A stretch of DNA of 64,000 nt from an uncultured Actinomycetes bacterium (GCA_963710955.1 CAVQCK010000001.1:204920-268919), one strand, 5' to 3'. Positions 46,031-54,753 are shown, counted from the stretch's first letter. The notes: a model not told the origin generated them from the letters alone. Numbers and translations: made by a program.

Positions 46031-48760
46031 GTGCGCATTCGGAATCTGCTGGCACGGATCGCCGGGCGGGCGGTTGAGCGGCCGACGCCGGTCATCGTCG
46101 CTGCCGTCCTGCTCGCGCTCATCGGCGCTGTCGCCGCGCTCAAGCTCGAGGCGGATCGCAGCCCGGACTCGCTGGTCGACAAGGGCTCGTCCACCTACAC
46201 GGAGACGCAGGGCTTCTACAAGCAGTTCGGGGGCGAGCCGGTCGAGGTACTCGTCAAGGGCGACCTCCGCCAGCTGCTCCTGACCAGCAACCTCGGCAAG
46301 CTGCTGGCGCTCGAGAGCTGCCTGTCGGGCAAGGCGAAGGGCGGGCAGGTCTTCTCGGGGCAGCCGGCGCCGGCGCCCTGCGCGGCGATCTCGAAGCTCG
46401 ATCCCAGCGCGGTGGTGTTCGGGCCGGCGACCTTCCTCAACCAGTTCGCGATCGAGGCGAACGACCTGTACCAGAAGCAGTCCCAGGCGACGCTCATCAA
46501 GGCGAAGCAGGCGGGGCGGCGAGCGGCCTCGTTGGCGGCCAAGCGGGGGTTCTCGCCGGCCCAGCAGAAGCAGGCGGCGACGGCGGCGAGCCAGGCCGTC
46601 GTCGCGCAGTTTCAGCAGCAGCTCGTGACATTGGGGGCCAAGTACGGGCAGCAGGGTCTCCCCAGCATCAGCGACCCGCGGTACGTCGAATCGGTGATCT
46701 GCAATCCGGGGATCCCCGGCTGCACGCCGAAGGCACGCCTTGCCGCGATCGTGCCGAGTGCCAACTCGGCGCTGATCTCGGTCAGGCTGCGACCAGGCCT
46801 GAGCGACACGCAGAGATCCGAGGCGATCTCCCTCTTCCGGCAGGCAACAGAGGACCCGGCCTTCCAGCTGCGGAAGTTCTCGTCGTTCGGCCCCACCCAG
46901 CCGAGCTACGTCGTCAGCGGCGTCCCCGTCGTCTTCGAGGGACTGGCCCAGGAGCTCTCGACACAGATCTTCATCCTGCTCGCGGCGGCGCTGGCCGCCA
47001 TGGTCATCGCGCTCGCCCTCGTGTTCCGATCGCCGCTGCGCCTGCTGCCGCTGGGGATTGCTCTCGGTGCGGCCGGGATCACGTTCGGCTTCCTGTCGCT
47101 ACTCGGCGGATCGCTGACGATGGCGTCGATCGCGGTCCTCCCGATCCTGATCGGGCTGTCCGTCGACTACGCGATCCAGTTCCAGGCGCGCTTCGTCGAG
47201 GCGGTTCGCGAGGGATCCTCGCCGCCGCGCGCCGCGGTGGAGGCCGCCGCCCGCGGTGGGCCGGTGATCGCGACCGCGTGCCTTGCAACCGCCGCCGGGT
47301 TCTGTGTCCTGCTGCTCTCGCCGATCCCGATGGTCCGCGGGTTTGCGCTGCTCCTGGTCGGAGGCATCGCGGCCGCCTTCCTGCTCGCGCTGACTGCGGG
47401 CCTCGCGGCCCTGTCGCTGCTCGGCCGCGGGGGCGGCTCGGGCGGTGCCAGGCAGCGGCACAGGCGGCTCGACGGCCCTCGCCGGCGCCTGAGCGCGGCC
47501 GGCCGGCCGATCTCCGAGTTCACCTCCAGGGTCGGCGCGGGTGCTGGGCGTTTCGGCCGGAGGGCCCTGGCGATGTCCATCTCGGCGCCCGGACGCGTCC
47601 TGGCGGTGGCCGCCGTCCTCGCGGCGATCGGGTGGGGGGTTGGCACGCAGATTCCGGTGATCTCGGACATCCGCCAGCTCGTGCCGGGCAACCTCCCCGC
47701 CCTTCAGGACGTCGACCAGCTCGAGAACGCGACAGGGGTATCGGGGCTCACATACGTCACGGTCACCGCGCCGGACCTCACGGACCCGAAGGTGATCTCC
47801 TGGATGCATGACTTCGAGCAGCGGGTCCTGGCGCGGCACGGGTACACGAGCGCGACGCCGTCCTGCCAGTCGGCCGGGACCGAGATCTGCCCCGAGATCT
47901 CGCTGCCCGACTTCATCTACGGCGACTCGACCGCCACCCCCAGTCAGCAGCGGATCAAGACTGATCTCCGGCTGCTGCCCCAATACGTGGCGCAGGCGAT
48001 GGTCACGACCGACCCCACGACCGGCAAGCCCGGCAACACCGGCGTGATCACGTTCGGGATCAAGGTCATGCCCTTCGATCAGCAGAAGGCCCTGATCGAC
48101 GACATCCGCAACCAGGTCAACCCTCCCGGCACGGCCAACGACCCGCCGCCCGGGGTCTCCGCGGAGGTGCTCGGCCTCCCGGTGCTCGCCGCCGACGCCA
48201 ACTCCTCGCTGTCCGACAGCCGTTACCTCGTCACCATCGCCGGCCTGCTCGCGGTCGCACTGGTCCTGATCGCCGTCTACCGCTCGGCACGGCGCGCGCT
48301 CGTGCCGCTGATCCCGATCGTCTTCGCGACCGGCTGGTCGTCGCTGATCCTGTGGATAACCGGGGTGCCGCTCAACCCGATGTCGGCCACCCTCGGCGCC
48401 CTCGTCATCGCGATCGCAACAGAGTTCAGCGTGCTGCTCAGCGCTCGCTACTACGAGGAGCGGGCGGCCGGTGGGTCGCTCGGCGAGGCGCTCAGGCGGG
48501 CCTTCTCACGTACCGGCGCCGCCGTCGCCGCGTCCGGCATCACGGCGATCGCCGGCTTCGCCGTGCTCGTCTTCACCAACATCAGGATGCTCCGCGACTT
48601 CGGGCTCGTGACCGTGTTCGACCTCGGCGTCGCGCTCATTGGCGTCCTCCTGGTGCTACCAGCGGCCCTGGTCTGGGCCGAGGGCGGCTTCCAGCCCTTC
48701 ACGACCCTCGCGGCGCGGCTGCGCCGCCGAGGCCGCCCGGCGCCGGCTGACGCCGGCTAG
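46031..48760 (+). CDS. MMPL/RND-superfamily transporter
   Basis: 909 aa with two 6-TM bundles and large loops, MMPL-like (LIGLSVDYAIQF, VIAIATEFSVLL). Confidence 0.85.
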   Translation: MRIRNLLARIAGRAVERPTPVIVAAVLLALIGAVAALKLEADRSPDSLVDKGSSTYTETQGFYKQFGGEPVEVLVKGDLRQLLLTSNLGKLLALESCLSGKAKGGQVFSGQPAPAPCAAISKLDPSAVVFGPATFLNQFAIEANDLYQKQSQATLIKAKQAGRRAASLAAKRGFSPAQQKQAATAASQAVVAQFQQQLVTLGAKYGQQGLPSISDPRYVESVICNPGIPGCTPKARLAAIVPSANSALISVRLRPGLSDTQRSEAISLFRQATEDPAFQLRKFSSFGPTQPSYVVSGVPVVFEGLAQELSTQIFILLAAALAAMVIALALVFRSPLRLLPLGIALGAAGITFGFLSLLGGSLTMASIAVLPILIGLSVDYAIQFQARFVEAVREGSSPPRAAVEAAARGGPVIATACLATAAGFCVLLLSPIPMVRGFALLLVGGIAAAFLLALTAGLAALSLLGRGGGSGGARQRHRRLDGPRRRLSAAGRPISEFTSRVGAGAGRFGRRALAMSISAPGRVLAVAAVLAAIGWGVGTQIPVISDIRQLVPGNLPALQDVDQLENATGVSGLTYVTVTAPDLTDPKVISWMHDFEQRVLARHGYTSATPSCQSAGTEICPEISLPDFIYGDSTATPSQQRIKTDLRLLPQYVAQAMVTTDPTTGKPGNTGVITFGIKVMPFDQQKALIDDIRNQVNPPGTANDPPPGVSAEVLGLPVLAADANSSLSDSRYLVTIAGLLAVALVLIAVYRSARRALVPLIPIVFATGWSSLILWITGVPLNPMSATLGALVIAIATEFSVLLSARYYEERAAGGSLGEALRRAFSRTGAAVAASGITAIAGFAVLVFTNIRMLRDFGLVTVFDLGVALIGVLLVLPAALVWAEGGFQPFTTLAARLRRRGRPAPADAG

Positions 48761-48771
48761 CGGCACCACCA

Positions 48772-49503
48772 GTGGCATCGCAGAAGTCCTCGAGAGGCCC
48801 CGGCCGCCGCTACTCGACCTTCGTCGGGATCGCGTTCCTGGTGCTGATCATCGTCGCGACGCTCAACACCATTCGCACCCAGGGCGGAGGCACGCTCGGC
48901 GTCGGCGGCGCCGAGCGGGGCATCCCCCTCTCGGAGTTCGCGGTGCCGAACGCAGTCACCGGGCCACTCGACTTCGACGCGAACATCGCCCAGGACAACT
49001 GCTCGACCTCGGAGAACCCGTGTCCGTCGGATGCGAAACGCACTCCCGCATGTGAGATCAACTACCCACCGAGCAAGGCGATCCGGGTCTGCGATCTGTT
49101 CAATCGGCCTCTCGTGCTCTCGTTCTGGTTCACCCGAGGGGCGAACTGCCTGCCGACGCAGGACGCGCTGAATGCGGTCTACGAGAAGTACAAGGGCCGT
49201 TTGAACGTGCTCTCGATCGACGTCCGCGACGACCCGAGCAGCGTACGGAGCATCGCTTCCGAGCACCGCTGGACCATGCCCGTGGGATACGACCGGGACG
49301 GCGCTGTGAGCGACCTGTACCGGGTCGGAGGGTGTCCGACGGTCGCCTTTGCGTACCCGGGCGGGATCCTCGACTTCGCGAAGGCGAGCATCGCCGAGCT
49401 CTCGCAGCCGCCGACGGAGTCCGGAAGCCTGCGCGCCGGGATCGAGCGCGACGTCAAGACGCTCCTCCGGCAGACCCGGGAACGGGAGGCGGAAAGCCGC
49501 TGA
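48772..49503 (+). CDS. Membrane-anchored thioredoxin-fold (TlpA/redoxin-like) protein with a degenerate active site
   Basis: N-terminal TM anchor. LVLSFWFTRGANCLP sits where FWAxWCxxC is expected. Confidence 0.6.
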   Translation: MASQKSSRGPGRRYSTFVGIAFLVLIIVATLNTIRTQGGGTLGVGGAERGIPLSEFAVPNAVTGPLDFDANIAQDNCSTSENPCPSDAKRTPACEINYPPSKAIRVCDLFNRPLVLSFWFTRGANCLPTQDALNAVYEKYKGRLNVLSIDVRDDPSSVRSIASEHRWTMPVGYDRDGAVSDLYRVGGCPTVAFAYPGGILDFAKASIAELSQPPTESGSLRAGIERDVKTLLRQTREREAESR

Positions 49504-50150
49504 TGAGCGCCGATGCGGTTCCGGAGGCGGGCTGGGTCGCGCCGGACCTCCGCGAGGAGTTTCCGGGGCTCGCGCTGCGCTACCTGCTGATCGAGCACGG
49601 CTCGGGGCGGAGCTCGCGAGAGCTGAAGGCCCGCCTCGCGCGGATGTCGGACCGCTTCTCGGGACCACAGGCGATCGCTCTTCGGCACAAGCCGATTCCC
49701 TACGCCTACCGCGTGTTCTTCCGCCAGATCGGGCTCGATCCGGACGAGCAGCCCACCCCGGTCGAGGCCGTCGCCCTGGAGCGGATCAAGCGCGGCGGAT
49801 TTGTAAGCCAAAGCCTGCTCGACGACGCGCTGACGATTGCGATCATCGAGTCGGGTGTCGCGCTGAGGGCATTCGACGCCGATCGTGCCGAGGGCCGCCT
49901 GGGCATCCGCACCAGCGCCGAGGGCGAGGGCCTGGAGGGCCGCCCGGGCGCGCTGCCGACGGGGACGCTCGTGATCGCGGACGAGGTGCGCCCCCTCGCG
50001 CTGCTGTTCGGGGCGACCGCCTCGGGTCGGGGCGTGAACCCGAAGACCGGCCGGATGCTCCTCGCATCGATCCAGGTGAAGGGCGTCCCGGACATCGCCG
50101 TCGAGGAGGCGATCTGGCTGGCGGCGGGTGTCGTGCGGGCCGGGGGCTAG
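49503..50150 (+). CDS. B3/B4 tRNA-binding-domain protein
   Basis: TGATG overlap. PYAYRVFFRQIGLDPDEQPTPVEAVALERIKRG resembles B3_4 family proteins. Confidence 0.65.
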   Translation: MSADAVPEAGWVAPDLREEFPGLALRYLLIEHGSGRSSRELKARLARMSDRFSGPQAIALRHKPIPYAYRVFFRQIGLDPDEQPTPVEAVALERIKRGGFVSQSLLDDALTIAIIESGVALRAFDADRAEGRLGIRTSAEGEGLEGRPGALPTGTLVIADEVRPLALLFGATASGRGVNPKTGRMLLASIQVKGVPDIAVEEAIWLAAGVVRAGG

Positions 50151-50199
50151 GTAGCGCAAAAAACGGCGGCACCGAGGCTCGGCCCAAGCCCGTTCTTCG

Positions 50200-50248
50200 A
50201 ACGATTGTCGAGAAACGGCGGCTATGACGCCGGTATTCGACAATCGTT
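50200..50248. repeat. Perfect 12-bp inverted repeat AACGATTGTCGA ... TCGACAATCGTT with a 25-nt spacer
   Basis: Read directly. The core is shared with the inverted repeat at 60583-60632. Confidence 0.85.
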
Positions 50249-50349
50249 GAAACGGCCGCCGAGGGCTGCCTTACATGCCCACTTGCGCTCGCGCAACATG
50301 GCCGCCCCTCGGACGGCCGCCAAGGGTTGGATGGCACGCAGCTTGGGTT

Positions 50350-50355
50350 TAGACT
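50350..50355 (+). promoter_or_regulatory. TAGACT -10-like box upstream of the 50390 gene
   Basis: In the context GGGTTTAGACTG, 34 nt before the GTG, with GGAAGGAGAGG Shine-Dalgarno in between. Confidence 0.35.
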
Positions 50356-50389
50356 GTCTGGGTCCACTTAGGGCGGAAGGAGAGGCTTC

Positions 50390-50947
50390 GTGCCCGAGGA
50401 ACTGCTTGAGATCGAGCGAGTCCCCGGTTCAGTCGATGAGCCGGTTCGGGCACCCGAGTCCGCCTCCATCGAGGCCCCAGCAGGGCCCGCCGCCGATCGG
50501 CTGGCACGCCACGAGCTTCGTCGTCAGATCGCCGTGCTGGAGAAGCGCCTGGGCGAGCTCTTCGCCTCTGCGTTCCCGCGCTCCGGCATCGAGTGGGGCG
50601 TGCCCGCCGTCGGCGGCCCGCGGGTCCTGGGCGTGGCGGACCTGGAGCGGGTTCGCGACGCGCTCGCGGTCCGGCTTCGCGATGCGGAGGACGAGTTGGC
50701 CCGCCAGGGCGAGATCGAGGAGACCAATCGCGGCCTGCTCGAGTCGATGATCGCCGAGCCCGAGCGCTACCGGTGGGTCCGCGTGGCCGCCGAGGACGTC
50801 GGCGAGCGTCCCTGCCAGCACTGGCATTCCCGTCCGCGGTGGGGCATCCTCGGGATGCTCCTCGGATGGTGGCGCGTCAAGCACTCCTCCGGTTGTCCGT
50901 TAGCCGCGGGGCTCGCGGCCCCCGCCCTAGTGGTACGTGCTAGGTGA
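50390..50947 (+). CDS. Hypothetical protein
   Basis: 185-aa ORF with a strong Shine-Dalgarno and high GC3. Confidence 0.5.
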   Translation: MPEELLEIERVPGSVDEPVRAPESASIEAPAGPAADRLARHELRRQIAVLEKRLGELFASAFPRSGIEWGVPAVGGPRVLGVADLERVRDALAVRLRDAEDELARQGEIEETNRGLLESMIAEPERYRWVRVAAEDVGERPCQHWHSRPRWGILGMLLGWWRVKHSSGCPLAAGLAAPALVVRAR

Positions 50948-51450
50948 GCTCCAGGAAGCGGCGAAAGCGCCGTCCTCGCAAGCCGCCGCAGCAGCCCGCT
51001 GAGAGCGCTGCGAGCGAGTCGGGCGCGCCCAGGGAGCCCTCGCTGCCGGCGCGCAGGCGGCGCGCGGCGAGCCTGGACGAGCGGCCCCCGGCACCGTGGG
51101 GGAACGTGCCGCTGGTCGAGCTGGTGGTCCTGGCGGGCATCGTCATGCTGGTCGTCGGCTTCATCGCCGGCGGGCGAACCGGGACCGCGCTGATCGCCGC
51201 CGGGGCCATCCTCTGCTCCCTCGCCGGCCTCGAGCTCTCGATCCGCGAGCACTTCGGCGGGTACCGCTCCCACACCTTCGTGCTCTCAGGGGCCGTCTTC
51301 GTGGCCCTGATGGCCGCCCTCTACTTCCTGGTGCCGTCGCTGTGGCTGCCGATCGCAATGGGGATCTCCCTGCTCGGCTTCGTGACGATGGCGGTGCTCC
51401 TGACCCGAGTCTTCCAGCGGCGCTCGGGCCGCGCGTTCAAGCTGCGCTGA
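50944..51450 (+). CDS. Membrane protein with a highly basic N-terminus
   Basis: 168 aa. N-terminus SSRKRRKRRPRK followed by 4 hydrophobic helices. Confidence 0.55.
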   Translation: MSSRKRRKRRPRKPPQQPAESAASESGAPREPSLPARRRRAASLDERPPAPWGNVPLVELVVLAGIVMLVVGFIAGGRTGTALIAAGAILCSLAGLELSIREHFGGYRSHTFVLSGAVFVALMAALYFLVPSLWLPIAMGISLLGFVTMAVLLTRVFQRRSGRAFKLR

Positions 51451-51455
51451 CGACC

Positions 51456-51502
51456 GAGCCGCGCGCCGCCCCGAATGGCTATCCGTGCCGGGCGCGCGGC
51501 TC
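51456..51502. terminator. 12-bp perfect GC stem (GAGCCGCGCGCC / GGCGCGCGGCTC) with a 23-nt loop between convergent genes
   Basis: Read directly. Positioned between the stops at 51450 (+) and 51518 (-). Confidence 0.45.
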
Positions 51503-51517
51503 AGCTGCAGCGATGAA

Positions 51518-51853
51518 TTAACGCCGGCGGATCGTCTTCGCGGTGAGTTCGACCGCGAGGACGTTGCGCTGGCGGTCGGTCAGCCTGCCCAGCTCGCGAT
51601 TCTCGTTGAGAGCGAGCGAGGTGAGGAACTTCCGGACGCGGGTGCGACCCCACCGGCGCTGGCTTCGCAGGAGCTCGCCGATGCTCATCGTCTCGACCTC
51701 CCAGGGACAGTCCCGGACTACTTCCGTGACGTCGATCTGGTTGGCGAGAATCGCGCGCTTCATTGACGCGCGAGCGAGGCGAACGCGGTTCGCGTGGGCC
51801 AGGGCCTGCATGTGCTGTGGCGGCGCAGGGGCGACCGTCGAGGCAGCGGACAT
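51518..51853 (-). CDS. Actinobacterial-type integration host factor (mIHF)-like DNA-binding protein
   Basis: ATG at 51853 with AGAGGAGGAG Shine-Dalgarno. The layout (RVRLARASMKRAI ... LGRLTDRQRNVL) parallels mIHF. Confidence 0.5.
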   Translation of the reverse strand: MSAASTVAPAPPQHMQALAHANRVRLARASMKRAILANQIDVTEVVRDCPWEVETMSIGELLRSQRRWGRTRVRKFLTSLALNENRELGRLTDRQRNVLAVELTAKTIRRR

Positions 51854-52104
51854 TGTCACTCCTCCTCTGAGTGTGAGTAGAGGCTTACCGGGGATGGAGC
51901 CGGACGCTCCCCCCTCCGTTCTTCGAGGCCCTGGGGGTGGTCGGAACGAAAAGCTTCTTGTCTTGTCCGTTCCGGCCGCTCCCTGCCCCGGGGTGACGTC
52001 CGGCGTGCGTGGCAACCTAGGCGAGTCGGGCGCCGAGCGTCAACTCGCGGTCGTGCCTCCGCGCCCAAGTCGTTCGCTAAGAGCAAGCTTTTCTTGCGCG
52101 AATT

Positions 52105-52130
52105 CGGCTTGTCCGAAACTGGACAAGCCG
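52105..52130 (-). terminator. Perfect 10-bp hairpin CGGCTTGTCC-gaaact-GGACAAGCCG, 4 nt after the stop of the 52134 gene
   Basis: Read directly. No clear U-tract. Confidence 0.45.
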
Positions 52131-52133
52131 AAA

Positions 52134-53393
52134 CTACCCATCGCGGGGGAGTTCTGGGAACTGCGAGGTGACTTTGGCGAAGATCTCGAGCGCCCGATCG
52201 AGATGGCTTCGCTCATGTGTCGCCATCAAGCTGGTCCGGAGGAGCGCGCCACCGGGCGGCACGGCGGGGTGCAGGGCGACGTTGGTGTAGACGCCGGCGT
52301 CGAACAGCGCCTTCCACAGGAGCACCGCCTGCCAGTCCTCGCCGACGACGACCGGGACTACCGGGGTGGTCGCCTCGGAGCCGTCGGGCAGTCGGCCCGG
52401 GTCGATGACCCGCAGCCCGAGTTCGGCGAACCCGCGCCGCAGGTAGCTCGCGTTGCCGAGCAGCTTCTCGAAGAGCGGTCCGCCCTCCGCCCGGCAGATC
52501 CGCACCGCCTCCAGCGCTGCGCCGACGGCGGCCGGCACCGCGGCCGCGGTGAACATGAACGGCCGTGAAGTGATCTTCAGGAACTCGACGACGTCCGCGG
52601 GCCCCGCGATGAAGCCGCCGCAGGAGGCGAGGCTCTTGGAGAAGGTGCCCATGCGAAGGTCGACCCGGTCGGCGACTCCGTACAGCTCGCACGAGCCTGC
52701 GCCGGTCGCGCCCAGGACCCCAACCGCATGGGCTTCGTCCACCATCAGCCGCACCCCGTAGCGCTCGGTCAGTTCGAGCACGTCGGGCACGGGGCAGAGG
52801 TCGCCCTCCATCGAGAAGACGCCGTCGACCACGACCAGGACCCCGCCGCCGTCGTTGACCCCTCGCTCGAGCATCCGCTCGAGCTTGTCCATCTGGTTGT
52901 GGCGGAACGGGCGCAGCTTCGCACCCGAGAGGCGGCAGCCATCGAGGATCGAGGCGTGGTCGCCCGAGTCGCAGATGACGGTGTCGCCGGGGCCGAGGAT
53001 CGTCCCGATCGTCCCGAGGTTCACCTGGTAGCCGGTGGTGAACACAAGGGCGTCCTCAGTGCCCATCCAGTCGGCGATCTCTCGCTCGAGCTCGACGTGG
53101 AGGGGGATGGTGCCGTTCATGAACCGCGAGCCCGTCAGCGCGGTCCCGTAATGCTCCAGGGCGTCGCGGGCCGCGGCCTTCACGCGAGGGTCGCCGGTCA
53201 GGCCCAGGTAGTTGTTGGAGCCGAGCATGATCTTCTCGCGCCCCTCCATCTCGACCACCGGCCCCGCCTGGGACTCGATCAGCCGGAAGTACGGGAGGAG
53301 GTCGGCCTCCTTCGCCGCCTCGAGCTGCTCCTTGCGCTCGTGCGTCCGGGCCCGCTCAAAGACGTCGACGGGCGCGCGGGTGGTCTCTGCCAT
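52134..53393 (-). CDS. Alpha-oxoamine synthase family PLP enzyme (KBL / AONS / serine-palmitoyltransferase-like)
   Basis: 419 aa. GSNNYLGL, DEAHAVGVLG, GTFSKSL (PLP lysine). Confidence 0.9.
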   Translation of the reverse strand: MAETTRAPVDVFERARTHERKEQLEAAKEADLLPYFRLIESQAGPVVEMEGREKIMLGSNNYLGLTGDPRVKAAARDALEHYGTALTGSRFMNGTIPLHVELEREIADWMGTEDALVFTTGYQVNLGTIGTILGPGDTVICDSGDHASILDGCRLSGAKLRPFRHNQMDKLERMLERGVNDGGGVLVVVDGVFSMEGDLCPVPDVLELTERYGVRLMVDEAHAVGVLGATGAGSCELYGVADRVDLRMGTFSKSLASCGGFIAGPADVVEFLKITSRPFMFTAAAVPAAVGAALEAVRICRAEGGPLFEKLLGNASYLRRGFAELGLRVIDPGRLPDGSEATTPVVPVVVGEDWQAVLLWKALFDAGVYTNVALHPAVPPGGALLRTSLMATHERSHLDRALEIFAKVTSQFPELPRDG

Positions 53394-53400
53394 GGGCGAG

Positions 53401-53406
53401 AGTCTA
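53401..53406 (-). promoter_or_regulatory. TAGACT -10 box 7 nt upstream of the ATG at 53393 (leaderless geometry)
   Basis: The minus strand reads GGGACCTAGACTctcgcccATG. Confidence 0.35.
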
Positions 53407-53510
53407 GGTCCCAGGACGTCGTTTCCCGCTCCGACCGAATACCGTGCCCCGTATGTGGTCGAGGAGCGTTAGCGACGAGTGAGGCAGGTAAGGCGGCAGA
53501 GCCGCCGCAG

Positions 53511-54654
53511 ATGATGTCCGCGAGCGTGACGGTGCGGCCGGTGAGCGGGAAGCGGGACCTCAACGCGTTCATCCGGGTTCCGTTTCGCCTCCACAGGGGC
53601 ACGCCCTGGGTGCCGCCGCTGATCATGGAGCGCAAGGAGTTCCTGGATCGGGAGAAGAACCCGTTCTTCGACCACGCGGAGGCCGAGTACTTCCTGGCCG
53701 AGCGGGACGGCGAGCCGGTGGGGCGGATCACCGCCCACGTCGACGAGCGCTGGACCCAGTTCCAGGGCGGCAACGACGGGATGTTCGGATTCTTCGAGTC
53801 GGAGAACAACCCGGAGACCGCGACGGCGCTCGTGGAGGCCGCGACCGGCTGGCTGCGAGCGCGCGGTCGGGAGCGGATGCTCGGCCCGATGGACTTCACC
53901 ACCAACGACGAGTGCGGAATCCTGATCGAAGGCTACGACCGCAATCCCCTGGTGCTGGAGCCATGGCACCCGCCGTACTACCGCGAGCTCCTCGAGGCGC
54001 TCGGGATGACGAAGTCGATGGACCTCCTGATGTGGGAGCTATACCTCGGCACCCTGAAGCAGGGCGACCGCCTCCACGAGCTCATCCACGAGGCGGCCGA
54101 GAAGTCGCGAGTCCGAGCACGGCGTGACGGTGCGGCAGATGCGAAAGAACGACCTCGAGGCGGAGGTCACCCGCTTCATGGAGGTCTACAACGAGGCCTG
54201 GGGTCCCAACTGGGGCTTCGTCCCGATCACCGAGGAGGAGGTGGCCTTCCAGGCCAAGAACCTGAAGCCGATCCTCGACGAGAACTGGGCGATGATCGCC
54301 GAGCGCGAGGGGGAGGTCGTCGGCGCCGCGCTCACCCTGCCGGACGTCAACCAGGTGCTCGCGAAGATGAACGGGCACCTGTTTCCGTTCGGCTGGTGGC
54401 ACTTCCTCACGGGGCGTCGCAAGATCGACCAGGTGCGCGTGTTCGCGTTGGGGGTGAAGCCGGAGTACCAGCACTTCGGGGTGGCGGCCGCCCTTTACGT
54501 CAGGCATGTGGAGACGGCGGCCCGGGTCCGCCAGAAGGGCGGCGAGATGGGCTGGATCCTCGAGGTCAACGAGCCCATGAACCGGGCCATGGAGGGAATG
54601 GGCGGCAAGGTCGTCAAGCGCTACCGGCTCTACGAGCTGCCGCTTTCCGGATAG
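53511..54654 (+). pseudogene. Large (~380 aa) GNAT-family N-acyltransferase, frameshifted near 54105-54115
   Basis: The N-terminal half (VRPVSGKRDLNAFIRVPF...WVPPLIMERKEFLDREKNPFFDHAEAEYFLAE) and the C-terminal half (VTVRQMRKNDLEAEVTRFMEVYNEAWGPNWGFVPITEEE, track ORF 54124..54654) belong to one family architecture but lie in different frames. Confidence 0.75.
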
Positions 54655-54723
54655 GGCTTCCGCAAAGTGCGGGAAGGGCTTGGAGCGGATCCTCGCCCGA
54701 CCGCTGACCTCTGGGGCCACCGT

Positions 54724-54729
54724 TAGACT
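54724..54729 (+). promoter_or_regulatory. TAGACT -10-like box upstream of the 54754 gene
   Basis: In the context CGTTAGACTGG, 24 nt before the ATG. Confidence 0.3.
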
Positions 54730-54753
54730 GGCCCGGCCGGTGGGCGCCAGCTC

